Shown here: piece by piece, positions 24,830 to 35,500 of the stretch
Position numbering within the stretch: position 1 is the first letter of the stretch
Layout: every line of letters begins with the position of its first letter
IMG/VR virus record: IMGVR_UViG_3300018839_000001
Source: a virus
Taxonomy: Duplodnaviria > Heunggongvirae > Uroviricota > Caudoviricetes
DNA length: 64,000 nucleotides
Direction: 5' to 3' (one strand)
Notes under the pieces: model-generated
Told to the model about the DNA's origin: nothing
What the model saw: only the letters and a program-made list of their open reading frames with translations
The model's database searches: none
Translations under genes and position numbers: made by a program

Positions 24830-25843
24830 ATGCACAATGAAGTTGTGAAATTAGCTGTCGATTTAGCTAAAGGTAAAGTACAAAATTTTTCGGCAGATCA
24901 AGCAAATGATGCACTGCGTAAAGCTTTTGCAGACCTGATGGAGTTCTCTCTTGAAGGAGATGGAAGAATTGATCGTAAAACTTTCCGCAGACATAAAACA
25001 GAAATTTTCGAGATTCTAGAGGAAATTATTAATGAAACTCTTCAAGAAGGATTAAAAAATCAATTTGACGGCTTTGCAGAGTATCGAAACCTTGCATGGG
25101 GTGACGCAAATCTATTTAAAACTCCAGCAAATCAAATTTTCCGTGTAGCTCTAGTCTCTGACGGAAACGGAAATATCCGTAGACAAAGATTACGTGATGG
25201 TCAAGAGTTCTCAGTAAGTCTTGATACATATGCAATTAAAATCGGTGAAGATTTCCACCGTTTCTTGGCTGGCCGTGTAGACTGGCAGGAAATGATGAAC
25301 GGTATTGCTGAATCATTTAAGCGTGATCTTACTCAGCGCATTGCTGACGCAGTTATGGGAAGTTATGGTCAATACGGATCAACATATCATAACACCTTCT
25401 CTTCTACTGGTACATCAGCATTTACAGAAAATGATCTAATTGAAATGGCTATGCACATTGAAGCTCGTACAGGCTCTAAAGTAGCTGTTTATGGTACTAA
25501 ACTCGCTCTTCGCAAGCTTAGTCCACAATACACTACTGAACAATTGAACAATGAAAGAAATGCAAAAGGATACTATGCAAACATTGCAGGCATCCCACTT
25601 TATGAAATTGAACAAGCTCATGAATATGGTACGGACAAATTTGCAATCTCTAACGACTTTGTTCTGTTGCTTCCACAAAACCCAGATAAAATGGTTAAAG
25701 TTATTAACGAAGGTGAAGCAATTATCCAAGAACAAAATGGCGGAATTTCTTCTGACATGATGCAAGAGTATTTCGTTGCTAACCGCTTTGGTATTGCTGT
25801 TATTTGTACTAAAGTATTCGGTTTTGTTAAATTTACAAACTAA
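24830..25843 (+). CDS. Major capsid protein
   Basis: 337 aa; AGGAGG RBS; position after scaffold/decoration genes and followed by a terminator. Confidence 0.8.
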   Translation: MHNEVVKLAVDLAKGKVQNFSADQANDALRKAFADLMEFSLEGDGRIDRKTFRRHKTEIFEILEEIINETLQEGLKNQFDGFAEYRNLAWGDANLFKTPANQIFRVALVSDGNGNIRRQRLRDGQEFSVSLDTYAIKIGEDFHRFLAGRVDWQEMMNGIAESFKRDLTQRIADAVMGSYGQYGSTYHNTFSSTGTSAFTENDLIEMAMHIEARTGSKVAVYGTKLALRKLSPQYTTEQLNNERNAKGYYANIAGIPLYEIEQAHEYGTDKFAISNDFVLLLPQNPDKMVKVINEGEAIIQEQNGGISSDMMQEYFVANRFGIAVICTKVFGFVKFTN

Positions 25844-25851
25844 ACTAATTA

Positions 25852-25895
25852 ATAATGCGGTTATAGTTTCATTAACTGTATCCGCATTATTTATA
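25852..25895 (+). terminator. Terminator after the capsid gene, overlapping a 16-bp motif copy (25842-25857)
   Basis: ATAATGCGG...CCGCATTAT stem with inner TATAGTT/AACTGTA pairing, followed by TTATATT. Confidence 0.6.
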
Positions 25896-25918
25896 TTGAG
25901 AAAAAGGAGAAATTAAAT

Positions 25919-26557
25919 ATGGCTAAACAAATGAAGAAAGCTGATTTGATTAAGATTTTAGTAGATGATTTCGGGTATTCAAAAGAGGATATTAGTCAAC
26001 TAACCAATGCAAAACTTCAATCTTTAATTGATCAAGAGTTAAAAGATGCAGAAGCTCTTAAGGAAGCAAAAGAGAAGGAAATTGAAAAAGAAGTTGTATT
26101 TGACGATAATGATTTGATTGAAGTAATGAATGGCACAAATGGTGCATTTACGCACCGATCAGGAAGAAATAATCGAGTATGGAAATTCACACAATTTGGA
26201 CAAAGAGACAAATTCCCTTACTCAGAACTTTTAGCGATTATTAACTTTGCTCCAAAAGTATTTAAAGAAGGATATCTTATCATTCTAAATAAGGATGTTC
26301 AGAAGCAATTTGGATTGACAGAGCTATATCAGAATGTCATCTATCCTGAAAATATTAATGGCATTTTCGAAAAAGATTTATATGAACTTGAAGAGTTTAT
26401 TAATTCTCTCCCAGAAGCTATGAAATATACATTTATTTCAAAAGCTAGAGAACTTTTTGAAACAAAGAAACTCTATGATATTCGTAAAAAAGAGTTAATT
26501 GAAACTAAATTTGGTATCTCTTTAGAGGATAATGCCCCACTTCAAGATGTAATTTAA
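25919..26557 (+). CDS. Virion morphogenesis hypothetical protein (212 aa)
   Basis: Helix-extension-helix-like N-terminus; head-neck region. Confidence 0.65.
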   Translation: MAKQMKKADLIKILVDDFGYSKEDISQLTNAKLQSLIDQELKDAEALKEAKEKEIEKEVVFDDNDLIEVMNGTNGAFTHRSGRNNRVWKFTQFGQRDKFPYSELLAIINFAPKVFKEGYLIILNKDVQKQFGLTELYQNVIYPENINGIFEKDLYELEEFINSLPEAMKYTFISKARELFETKKLYDIRKKELIETKFGISLEDNAPLQDVI

Positions 26558-26570
26558 GAGGGTGTTAACC

Positions 26571-26987
26571 ATGACAAATCTTGCAGAATTATATGATTCT
26601 TTTCTGTCAAAAATAACTGACTATCGGTTATACAAAATGACAGAAGAAGAAATTAAAGAAGATTTATTTAGGTACTATAAATCCGCTAGGGCAAAATTTC
26701 ATAAATGCAAAAAAGACTTAACAGTTATCGATGAAGTTATCCAATCTGATTTAAGTAATTTTGAAGTCGAGATTATCGTTAGCTTGATGTTGGTAGAGCA
26801 TATTAAGCCTCACCTGTTGTCGAGTGAAAATCTAAAGCAATCACTAAGTGATAAAGATTTCAAAATATATTCACAGGCAAATCAGTTACGTGAAACTAGG
26901 CTTTTGTTTGACAACTTAGAGAGAAAAGTCAACAAAATGATCACTGAATACACCTTCCTCGATTTAAATGAGGAGAAGATGACATGA
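26571..26987 (+). CDS. Putative head-tail adaptor
   Basis: Helical ~138 aa in the neck region; GAGGG RBS before ATG at 26571. Confidence 0.55.
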   Translation: MTNLAELYDSFLSKITDYRLYKMTEEEIKEDLFRYYKSARAKFHKCKKDLTVIDEVIQSDLSNFEVEIIVSLMLVEHIKPHLLSSENLKQSLSDKDFKIYSQANQLRETRLLFDNLERKVNKMITEYTFLDLNEEKMT

Positions 26988-27298
26988 TTGACAACAATAC
27001 AAAATTAATAATTTATTTAAACAATTTAGTGAACAGCATTTTTAAAATACTGCCCTTATATGAAGAGAAAAATGAAGGTATTGAAATCTATATTGACTCT
27101 TTGTTATTTGAATTGTATGGACTTGATTATGCTGTGTCGGTTAAGCATGGTTATGAATACATCGCCCTCCTTTCTACGCTTGAGTCTACAAAAAGAACTG
27201 TCTCTAAAGGAGATAATAAAAAGACAATAAAAAGAGAAGTATTTAAATCCATCAATATAGTTAAAAACTTGATTGGGAAACTCGAAGAGGATGAATAA
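26984..27298 (+). CDS. Hypothetical neck-region protein (104 aa)
   Basis: ATGA overlap with the upstream gene. Confidence 0.6.
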   Translation: MIDNNTKLIIYLNNLVNSIFKILPLYEEKNEGIEIYIDSLLFELYGLDYAVSVKHGYEYIALLSTLESTKRTVSKGDNKKTIKREVFKSINIVKNLIGKLEEDE

Positions 27299-27300
27299 TC

Positions 27301-28065
27301 ATGAGCGATTATATTGATAGATATAAACGCAGGATAGATATCAATGGAAAAGATTTGGGAGAAGCGTATTCAAATAACACTAATGCCCTCATTGAATCTA
27401 CATTTCATGAATCTCCTACCTTCCGCGTGTTAGAAGTTTTCAGTGTCGAAAAACCTCATCTTACAGAAATAGACGCGAGAGTTATTGAAGTCGAAAGACT
27501 TGGAACTCTAAGGGAAATTTTATTCAGACCATCGAGTGAAGGGTTAAATATTGGAACGTATGTTAAATTCGATAAAAAAACTTGGCTAGTCTTTGATAAA
27601 TATGCTGGGAAAGTTTTGGTTGAAGAATGCAATAGAAAACTTAAATGGATTGATCGGAATGGCAATTTAATCTCACTTGATTGTATTGCCTCATCAATGG
27701 ATTTAGGTTCTAAAGCGAAGCAAAGTAAAAATGAAATTGAGTTTAATAAATATGATGTTTCCCTCCCTACTGGACAACTATTCGTGTTTGTAGAGTTACG
27801 CGAAGAGACACTTCAAATTGATCTTGATCAAAGATTTGTATTCGGGAAGAAAGCGTATAGAGTTATCGGTATTGATGACACCACAATGATCAGAGAGTCA
27901 AGTAATGGTGCTTATGGAATACTCCAATTAACAATTAAAGTAACCACAATTAAAGAAGAAGATGATTTCGAAAATCATATCGCCTTTAATCAATACCATG
28001 ACACCTCTACTATTGATCCAGTTGGAGGCAACCCTGACACGGGTAAAGGAGGTAGAATTTGGTAA
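27301..28065 (+). CDS. Putative head closure/stopper protein
   Basis: Beta-rich; LNIGTYVKF and DQRFVFGKKAYRVIGID repeats; neck position. Confidence 0.55.
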   Translation: MSDYIDRYKRRIDINGKDLGEAYSNNTNALIESTFHESPTFRVLEVFSVEKPHLTEIDARVIEVERLGTLREILFRPSSEGLNIGTYVKFDKKTWLVFDKYAGKVLVEECNRKLKWIDRNGNLISLDCIASSMDLGSKAKQSKNEIEFNKYDVSLPTGQLFVFVELREETLQIDLDQRFVFGKKAYRVIGIDDTTMIRESSNGAYGILQLTIKVTTIKEEDDFENHIAFNQYHDTSTIDPVGGNPDTGKGGRIW

Positions 28066-28572
28066 ATGAAGTTAGAAACAATGTCAAAAAATGTTGTCAA
28101 TATAATGGTTACATTGGCTAGAAATGAAATGTTGGGCAGATTGCTAATGTATGACATTGACAACCCATATGATCTCAGCTTGCCAAAGCCTGAAATGGCA
28201 GATTTAATTAAACCTGATTCCAGTAAGGCTAAAATATTCCCCTACCCTTTCGACCCCGAAGCAACTAAAAATGATGGCTCTTTCATTCGCGTCTATTACA
28301 ACCAAGGAGAATTTAATGCCAATGAGACCATAGCTGAGTGTGATCTGCACATTGATATCATTGTCTCTAAGCAACTATGGTTAATAAATAATGGAGAGGA
28401 ATCCATTGTTAGACCTTATGATATTGCGGGAAGAGTTGTAGATTTAGTAGGAAGAAATAGTATTAATTCTTTGGTCAAATTGAAGTTTGAAGGATATCAG
28501 CACCTTTATATAAATACTCACTTTGATGCCATTAGGCTGTTTGCAAACTATATGTCTGTTGAAACTAGATGA
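28066..28572 (+). CDS. Putative tail terminator/neck protein
   Basis: 168 aa upstream of the tail tube region. Confidence 0.5.
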   Translation: MKLETMSKNVVNIMVTLARNEMLGRLLMYDIDNPYDLSLPKPEMADLIKPDSSKAKIFPYPFDPEATKNDGSFIRVYYNQGEFNANETIAECDLHIDIIVSKQLWLINNGEESIVRPYDIAGRVVDLVGRNSINSLVKLKFEGYQHLYINTHFDAIRLFANYMSVETR

Positions 28573-29444
28573 TGCGGATGAAAAATTTTAAAGACATGCC
28601 AGAAGAAGATTTAATGCTAGAACTTCTTAGTGGGAGTAAGGGTTGTTTAAATGTAGGGAATTTGTGTATACATCCATACACCCTACAGGAAATAAAGGAT
28701 TATGGATATTCAAATTATATGTTAAATCTCCAATGGTTATCATTAACCGTTGATGATTTTATAAAGTCCGTCTTGGATATTGAGAAAAGAGTATACCTAG
28801 AAGCTGAAAAATCGAAATTAAAAACCTTCGACTTTTACATAAAACTAGGCGGAGAACAGATGTTAGATGGTTTACTTGTGGCCTTAGCGATGATTTTTAA
28901 AACAGACGATATTAGAGTCTTAGGTGATTCTGCTATTGCTGTAGACTTTGTTAAAAATGGTGTTCTTTTTGAAGACGAAAATGGTGAAATTATTACTGAT
29001 GAGGATAGATTGGAAGAGTTAGACGAGAGCGAAATTAAAATTATCACACGAGATAATTTTGACGATATAGTCGAAGTAGTAAAACTTCAAAACTATCTTA
29101 AAAAGCCAGATAAAATTAAAAATGACGAAATGAACCCTGCTGACGAAGAAACCAGAAAACTGATGGAACGCATGAAAGAATTGAATGAAAAAGTTGAAGA
29201 GAAAAAGCGACAGCAGAAAAAGGCTTATGGAGAAGATGAAGAAATAAACATTTCCGACATTGTAAGCGCTGTCACAACTAAAAGTAATTCGATTAATAAA
29301 TTAAATGTTTGGGATCACACTCTGTATCAATTGTACGATGAGTACGCAAGATTGGAATTAATTGATAACTATGATTTCAGTATCAGAGCTATGATGGCTG
29401 GTGCAGAAAAAATAGATTTAAAGCATTGGTCAAGCAAAATTTAA
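28569..29444 (+). CDS. Hypothetical tail-region protein (291 aa)
   Basis: Operonic; C-terminal TLYQLYDEYARL...AMMAGAEKIDLKHW. Confidence 0.65.
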   Translation: MMRMKNFKDMPEEDLMLELLSGSKGCLNVGNLCIHPYTLQEIKDYGYSNYMLNLQWLSLTVDDFIKSVLDIEKRVYLEAEKSKLKTFDFYIKLGGEQMLDGLLVALAMIFKTDDIRVLGDSAIAVDFVKNGVLFEDENGEIITDEDRLEELDESEIKIITRDNFDDIVEVVKLQNYLKKPDKIKNDEMNPADEETRKLMERMKELNEKVEEKKRQQKKAYGEDEEINISDIVSAVTTKSNSINKLNVWDHTLYQLYDEYARLELIDNYDFSIRAMMAGAEKIDLKHWSSKI

Positions 29445-29489
29445 ATTGACTTGACACATAAATTATAAAAATATTGGAGGAATTACATA

Positions 29490-30236
29490 ATGTTAAACAC
29501 ACGTTATGGTCTTAAAGAGGTTGCAAATGTTATCTTCTACGATATCAGCACAAACAAACCTGCAATCTTCTTTGATACACTAAAAGTATCTACTATTGAA
29601 AATGAATCTGAAAGTGCAGAAGCACGTGGTGGACAAGGTAACAGCAAATTAATGTCTTGGGACTTCGGTCGTACCGCTACTTTGACTATGCAGGACGCCC
29701 TCTTGTCAGATATCTCTTTGGGAATGTTAGCTGGTAAAACAGTTAAAACAACTGGAATCAAGGCATATGGACGCGAAACACTTACTCTCGTTTCTGATAC
29801 TGATCCAGCTACTAAAGTTACACTTAAAGAAACACCAATTGAAAATAGCGTAACTGTTTTCAAAGTTCAAGGCGGAATTATGACAGACGAAATCACTGGT
29901 TTCACTGTTACTGATAAAGATGTAAGTTTTGCAACTGGTCAAACAGCAGGACAACAAGTTATGGTGTTCTATGAGTATGAAGTAACTTCTGCTGGAGCAA
30001 GTCAAGTAACTTTCTCAGGTAACGCATTCCCTGCAACTTATAAAGTTGTCGGAGACACTGTCGTTCGCGATGAAAGCGGTATTGATAGAAAAATGCAATT
30101 CGTCATTCCAAAAGCAAAATTACAATCTACATTCTCACTAACTATGGATGTAGAAAACGTATCCACTTTCGACTTCAACCTTGATGTTCTTGTTGAGGCT
30201 GGTACACAACGTCTATACGACATTATTCGTCTGTAA
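29490..30236 (+). CDS. Major tail tube protein
   Basis: 248 aa, beta-rich, GGAGG RBS, followed by a terminator, upstream of the chaperone and TMP. Confidence 0.75.
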   Translation: MLNTRYGLKEVANVIFYDISTNKPAIFFDTLKVSTIENESESAEARGGQGNSKLMSWDFGRTATLTMQDALLSDISLGMLAGKTVKTTGIKAYGRETLTLVSDTDPATKVTLKETPIENSVTVFKVQGGIMTDEITGFTVTDKDVSFATGQTAGQQVMVFYEYEVTSAGASQVTFSGNAFPATYKVVGDTVVRDESGIDRKMQFVIPKAKLQSTFSLTMDVENVSTFDFNLDVLVEAGTQRLYDIIRL

Positions 30237-30272
30237 TACAAAACCAACTAATAATGAAGTATTGATGAGATT

Positions 30273-30311
30273 AAGGGTAGTGAACATAACGTTCCTACCC
30301 TTTCTTTTTTT
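30273..30311 (+). terminator. Intrinsic terminator after the tail tube gene
   Basis: AAGGGTAG-(GAAC/GTTC)-CTACCCTT followed by a long T-run. Confidence 0.8.
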
Positions 30312-30331
30312 GATTATCGTAAGAGTTAAAA

Positions 30332-30360
30332 TTGACATTTTATCAAATTAAATATATAAT
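30332..30360 (+). promoter_or_regulatory. Consensus sigmaA promoter
   Basis: TTGACA-N17-TATAAT. Confidence 0.75.
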
Positions 30361-30387
30361 TCTACTATAGTCATTTTGTTTTGTCAA
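30359..30387 (-). promoter_or_regulatory. Opposing antisense sigmaA promoter candidate
   Basis: TTGACA-N17-TAGAAT on the minus strand; its -10 overlaps the plus-strand -10. Confidence 0.5.
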
Positions 30388-30470
30388 GCGTTTTTCAAAA
30401 GATATCTCTTGGCAAAACAAATAAAATTTATATTAAACTAATTAATAATGAATATATAAGGGGAATTAAA

Positions 30471-31001
30471 ATGGCGAAAAAGGAATCTAGAAAATTAACT
30501 ACAACTGCAATTAAAAAAGAGGCAAAAAAATTAAAAGACGTTCAAGAGTTTGTTGTTACAGTTGGGGATGAAAATTACACACTCACTTATGATGTTATTT
30601 TCAGAAAAACTAAACAGCAAAACCTTCTTGATGATCTAATTAAATTTTATGATGCAATTAGAAATCGACCAGAAGTATTTGAATTGGCTACTCCATACAC
30701 TTCTCTTCTAATTATCAAACATTTCACGAGTTTAGAAGTTCCAGATGATGTTGATCAAGCACTTGATTTTCTTGAGTTGCTAATTGATCTTGATCTTTTA
30801 GTGAATATCTTAAATGCACTACCAGAAGATCAATTAACAAAAGTATATGAGTTACTAACTCAAACAGTTGATCAAATTAGAATGAATATCGAGAAAATGG
30901 ATGAAGAAGCTCAAGAGGCTTATGAACAAATCCAAAATGATGAACTAAAAGAGTTGATTCCAGAAGATGGCGAACAATCTACCGAAAACGAAGAAGAGTA
31001 A
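30471..31001 (+). CDS. Putative tail assembly chaperone
   Basis: AAGGGG RBS before ATG at 30471; helical, acidic C-terminus; between tail tube and TMP. A motif copy lies at 30435-30450. Confidence 0.6.
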   Translation: MAKKESRKLTTTAIKKEAKKLKDVQEFVVTVGDENYTLTYDVIFRKTKQQNLLDDLIKFYDAIRNRPEVFELATPYTSLLIIKHFTSLEVPDDVDQALDFLELLIDLDLLVNILNALPEDQLTKVYELLTQTVDQIRMNIEKMDEEAQEAYEQIQNDELKELIPEDGEQSTENEEE

Positions 31002-31467
31002 TTTTTATTTTCAAACAGAGCAGGAAGCTATTAGAGCTTTAGAAATTGAAGGACGAAAATTACAGCGAATTGCTGTAAAAGTGTGGAGAAAATATTTGTC
31101 AAGTTATCAGCCTAAAAAATACATAAGAACAAATAATACAGAACGAGGTATAAAACTTGGCAAAGTAAAAATGATCGCACCAGATCAATGGGGTATTGAA
31201 TTGACATTTGAAAACGATTTAATGTATCACGAATCTGTTTTCGATAAACAAAATGGCACAAGGAGTTATCCAAAAGGTCATTCCATTATGCTTTTAAGTG
31301 GAGGCTGGAAAGCAGTAAGACTGGAAAGAAAGATTGGAATTAGACAAAATTTCACAAGGCATAGAGGCATAAACTATCTAGGACAAGTCGTTCGAGCCTA
31401 CAATCTTCAAAAGTATAAAGGAATTACTTTAGATATTCAATGGAGTGGAAAGTTCCTTAAGAAGTAA
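30967..31467 (+). CDS. Hypothetical basic tail-region protein (166 aa)
   Basis: ORF overlapping the chaperone end; basic, with YQPKKYIRT. Confidence 0.6.
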   Translation: MANNLPKTKKSNFYFQTEQEAIRALEIEGRKLQRIAVKVWRKYLSSYQPKKYIRTNNTERGIKLGKVKMIAPDQWGIELTFENDLMYHESVFDKQNGTRSYPKGHSIMLLSGGWKAVRLERKIGIRQNFTRHRGINYLGQVVRAYNLQKYKGITLDIQWSGKFLKK

Positions 31468-31483
31468 GTAGGTGAAATAAATT

Positions 31484-32482
31484 ATGGGATATAAAAAGAT
31501 TGAAGAAGTAACAGATGAGTTTTGGGAAAATGAAGTTGATGAATTAAACAAAATGTTTGTAGAAGAGTTTCTCCAACAGCAACACCTCTCCCCTGCCACT
31601 CTTAAACAATATGAATCTGGATTGAAAATTTTTGCTAAATGGATTCATGACTATTGCATTCCAAAAGGCAAGGTGAAAATCACAGATTTAAAACCTCGTG
31701 ACGCTCTTAAATACCAAAACTGGCTAATAAGCAAAGGTCTTAGTCCAAATGCTATTAAATTTAAACGATCAGTAGTTTCGAGTTTATGTGGATATATAGA
31801 AGTTTACTATAGTGATGACTATAAGGATTTCAGAAACATATTTACAAAAGCAATCCCTAATGTCTCCAAGACTAATGTAAAAGAGAAACAACCTTTAACT
31901 ATGGGTGAAATTGAAACACTTTCAGATCAATTATATCAGCGTGAAGAATGGCAAAAATTAGCTTATTTATGGTTTACATACATAACTGGATGTAGAAGAG
32001 AAGAATCTAGACAGTTGCTTAGGGAGATAACAACATATTCAAAAGCGGTTGACAAAAAAGGAAACGAGAAAAAATACTACCTCACCCACCCTATTCGTGC
32101 AAAAGGTAGAGGCAAGGAAGGTAAAGTCAGAAAGTTTAAAGTTGACGAAAGAGCTATGCAGGCAATTAAAAAATGGATCGAATACAGGTCTAGTCAAGTT
32201 GACAATGATGATTGCCCATATGTTTTTGTAAGTAAAACAAAAGATGGATATAGACAGTTATCTGCAAATACTTTCAACTTATGGTGTCAAGAGTTTAGTG
32301 ACATATTAGGAGGAAGACCTGTCCATCCTCACTTATTTAGAAGCAGTAGAGCAACAAATGCAGTATTAGAAGATGGAGCGGATATTAAGTCTGTTCAAAA
32401 ATTATTAGGTCATAACTCATCTCAAACAACCGAAATTTACGTTGTGAGAGACGACGCAGATGACGATGATGATCTGTTTTAA
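31484..32482 (+). CDS. XerC/D-like tyrosine recombinase embedded in the tail module (SPbeta YomM-like position)
   Basis: Complete catalytic set: TGCRREE (R), GKEGK (K), HLFR (HxxR), LLGH (H), TEIY (Y). Confidence 0.9.
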   Translation: MGYKKIEEVTDEFWENEVDELNKMFVEEFLQQQHLSPATLKQYESGLKIFAKWIHDYCIPKGKVKITDLKPRDALKYQNWLISKGLSPNAIKFKRSVVSSLCGYIEVYYSDDYKDFRNIFTKAIPNVSKTNVKEKQPLTMGEIETLSDQLYQREEWQKLAYLWFTYITGCRREESRQLLREITTYSKAVDKKGNEKKYYLTHPIRAKGRGKEGKVRKFKVDERAMQAIKKWIEYRSSQVDNDDCPYVFVSKTKDGYRQLSANTFNLWCQEFSDILGGRPVHPHLFRSSRATNAVLEDGADIKSVQKLLGHNSSQTTEIYVVRDDADDDDDLF

Positions 32483-32551
32483 AGGTTAGGGCAACACCCT
32501 AGTCTTTTTGATTAGGGTGTTTTTTTAGCACCCTCCTAGATTTTTAAAGGG

Positions 32552-35500
32552 GTGAAATGGATGCCAAAAGGCAGTAACGACTTAAATATGCTTTTAAAAG
32601 CAAAAGTCGTAAAATTAAAAGTAGAGTTAGATGCAAAAGGAAGTAAACTCCACAGCCAAGTAGATAGAATATCGAAAATGTTGGAGAAGAAACCTGTAAA
32701 ATTAAAAGTTAAACTTCTAGCATCCGCTTCCGATATTAATAAACAAATTAGAGACCTAAGCAACACTGTTGCAAAATCGAAATCCTTCAAACCTATTAAA
32801 CTTCAAGTTGAAATGGATGTTAAGGGTTCTGCAAAAAAGATCAGGAAGCAACTAAAAGAAGTTAATGATGCAGTCTCCGATTTTAATAGAAAATACAATC
32901 AACAGTTGCGCCAAATGCAACAAACACAAAAGAAAGTAAAAGAAACTCAAGCAAATAATAGTGTCAACATCCCTACTAATGCTGGAGTTCAAAACTTTAA
33001 TAACATTAAAAGATATGTTAATCAAATTTCAGAAGCAGAAAGACAATTAAGATCAAAATTCGCAGATAAAAAAGGACTATTCTCTACCGTCCAACTTAAA
33101 GATGCACAAGGGAATCTTCATGGATTTATTGCAACATTGCAAAGAGCAAATGGTGTAATTGAGAAAGTTCGTTATAACTGGAATAAAGATAAAAACAAAT
33201 TTGAAGTAATTGATCGCCAAACTGGAACACAAACAGAAAAAGTTGTTCATAGAGCTATGCAGAGTCTTCAAGACCTGCAAAGAGAAATAAACAAGACTGG
33301 CAAAGCATCTAAAGACCTAAAGCAAGAATATAAAGAGCTTGAGAAAGCTGGAAACAGTGGAACTCTTACAACAGATGCGGTAAAAGCCTTTAAAACAAGA
33401 ATTAAAAATGCTCAAGAAGAAGTTCGAACTCAGAAAGAACTAAACAATCTTAGACGTGAAGAAGCTAAGCTTATTCGAGATATTAAAAACACAACAAAAA
33501 ATACAGGAACGAAATTCACATCAGAAACTCAAGACTTGCTTAAACAAACAAGAAATGCTGGAGATTTAGAGGCGTATAGAAATATTCGAGTTGAATTGAG
33601 TCGTCTATCCGACAAAGTTAAGGAGTATAAACAAACTCAAAAAGAAGCCAACGCCGTAGATAAACAAAGAGAGAATGCTTTAAGACAACTTACAAGATAT
33701 CTTAGAGAAACACATGAGACCGAGGGCGCTCTATCCCGCGACAACATTAAAGCAACACAACAATTAGCTCAAAGAGCTACAACTACTAAACAAATGGCCG
33801 AAGTCCAAAGACGCCTAAATAGCATGTATAGGCAACAGCAAAGCAACAAGGATATAGAGTCAAGAGAGAAAGCTTTAAGCAAATTAAAGACTACCATGCA
33901 AGAATGGGCAAGAATTATGTCCTACAATGGGGAAACCATCGAAAGACGTTTCCAACAAATAAGACGAAATGTAGGAAGTAATTTAGCTCAGATTGAGGCT
34001 GAGGTTGCGAAGTATTCTAAGAAAATTGCTACTGCCCAAAATAAGGCAACAGTAGATACCCTTAATAGAGCCGCAAATTCTATTGTTAGTGGGAACGGTT
34101 TTAGAAATTCAAAAATGCTCAATCTCGTCAATGAAGGCGATATTTCTAAAATCAAAGATTATCTAGCCACAACTCAGAAGTTAGATATTGCTACTGCAAA
34201 ACTTGCGACCAATAGCAAAGGTGTAACAAGAATAACCACTACTCTCGCAAGTACAGGAAAAACTGCTAAACAAGTCACTTATGAAATCGATCAGTTAAAC
34301 AGAAAGCTAAGACAAGTTGGAACATCAGAAGTATTTAACCGCAATGCAAACTTGGGCATTTTTGAGCAACTTCGTGTTGCAATGGAACGTGTTCCTATCT
34401 GGATGACTGCAATGACAGCCTTCTATGGCACAATTAACTCTGTAAGAGCGATGACATCTGAAATTTTAAGATTGGATGCCGCATTGACAGAGTTAAAAAG
34501 GGTTGCATCTGCAAACATATCTATAGAGACAATGTTTCGCGGAGCACTCACCCTATCAAAAGAACTTGGAAACAACGTTCATGATGTAATGCAAGCAGTA
34601 AATGAGTTCGCACGTACATACGGAGATTTTAACGAAAGACAGCTTCTTGCAATTACAAAAACTGTAACGTTGATGTCTAACGTATCTGATTTGACAGCTC
34701 AGGAAGCTACTCAAAGTCTTGTTGGTACAATGAACGCGTTCAATATTAGTGCTTCTGAATCAATTCATATCGTAGATGCTCTTAACGAAGTCGATAATAA
34801 CTATGCAATTTCTACTAAACAATTAGCAGAAGCGATGTCAAGATCGGCTTCAACCGCACGTACGTTCGGTGTTACCTTGGAAGAAAACGTTGGTAACATT
34901 ACAGCAATCGGCGCAGTAACAATGGAGTCAGGTTCAATAATCGGGAACTCTCTGAAAACTATTTACTCCAGAATCACAACTCTTTCTGAGGCAGAAGGTG
35001 TTTTGAATGGTGTTGGAGTAAGTATCCGAAAACAGAGTGGCGATGTTCGTGAAGCTAACGATGTTTTGAGCGATTTGGCTGAAAAATGGAATGATTTGTC
35101 AGACCAAGAAAGACAAAATATTGCAGTTAAAGTTGCAGGACGCTATCAATTATCGAGATTCTTAGCACTTATGAACAACTGGCAAATGGCAGTTGAAGCG
35201 ACAACTACCGCCGTTAACTCCGAAGGATCGGCCATGCGTGAAAATGACAGATATTTAGAGTCATTTGAAGCAAGGATAAATACTTTAAAAAATAGCTTTA
35301 CTGAACTAGCTCAAGCTGTTGGTGATGCGGTTTTAAGTGGAAGTATTGTGACAGTTGTTAGCGGATTGACTCAATTGGCGGAGGCCGGAATTAAAGTTGT
35401 AAACGCTTTCGGTGTACTCCCTACAACTATGCTTGCTGTATGGGCAGTATTGAACAAGATGAAATATTTAGATGGATTTAAAGGTGCGCTTGTTGGCATG

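Noticed and set aside
30900-31020. Programmed frameshift joining the tail chaperone to the next ORF (lambda G/GT type)
   Set aside because: No clear in-frame slippery heptamer seen at the overlap, and the downstream ORF has its own ATG.
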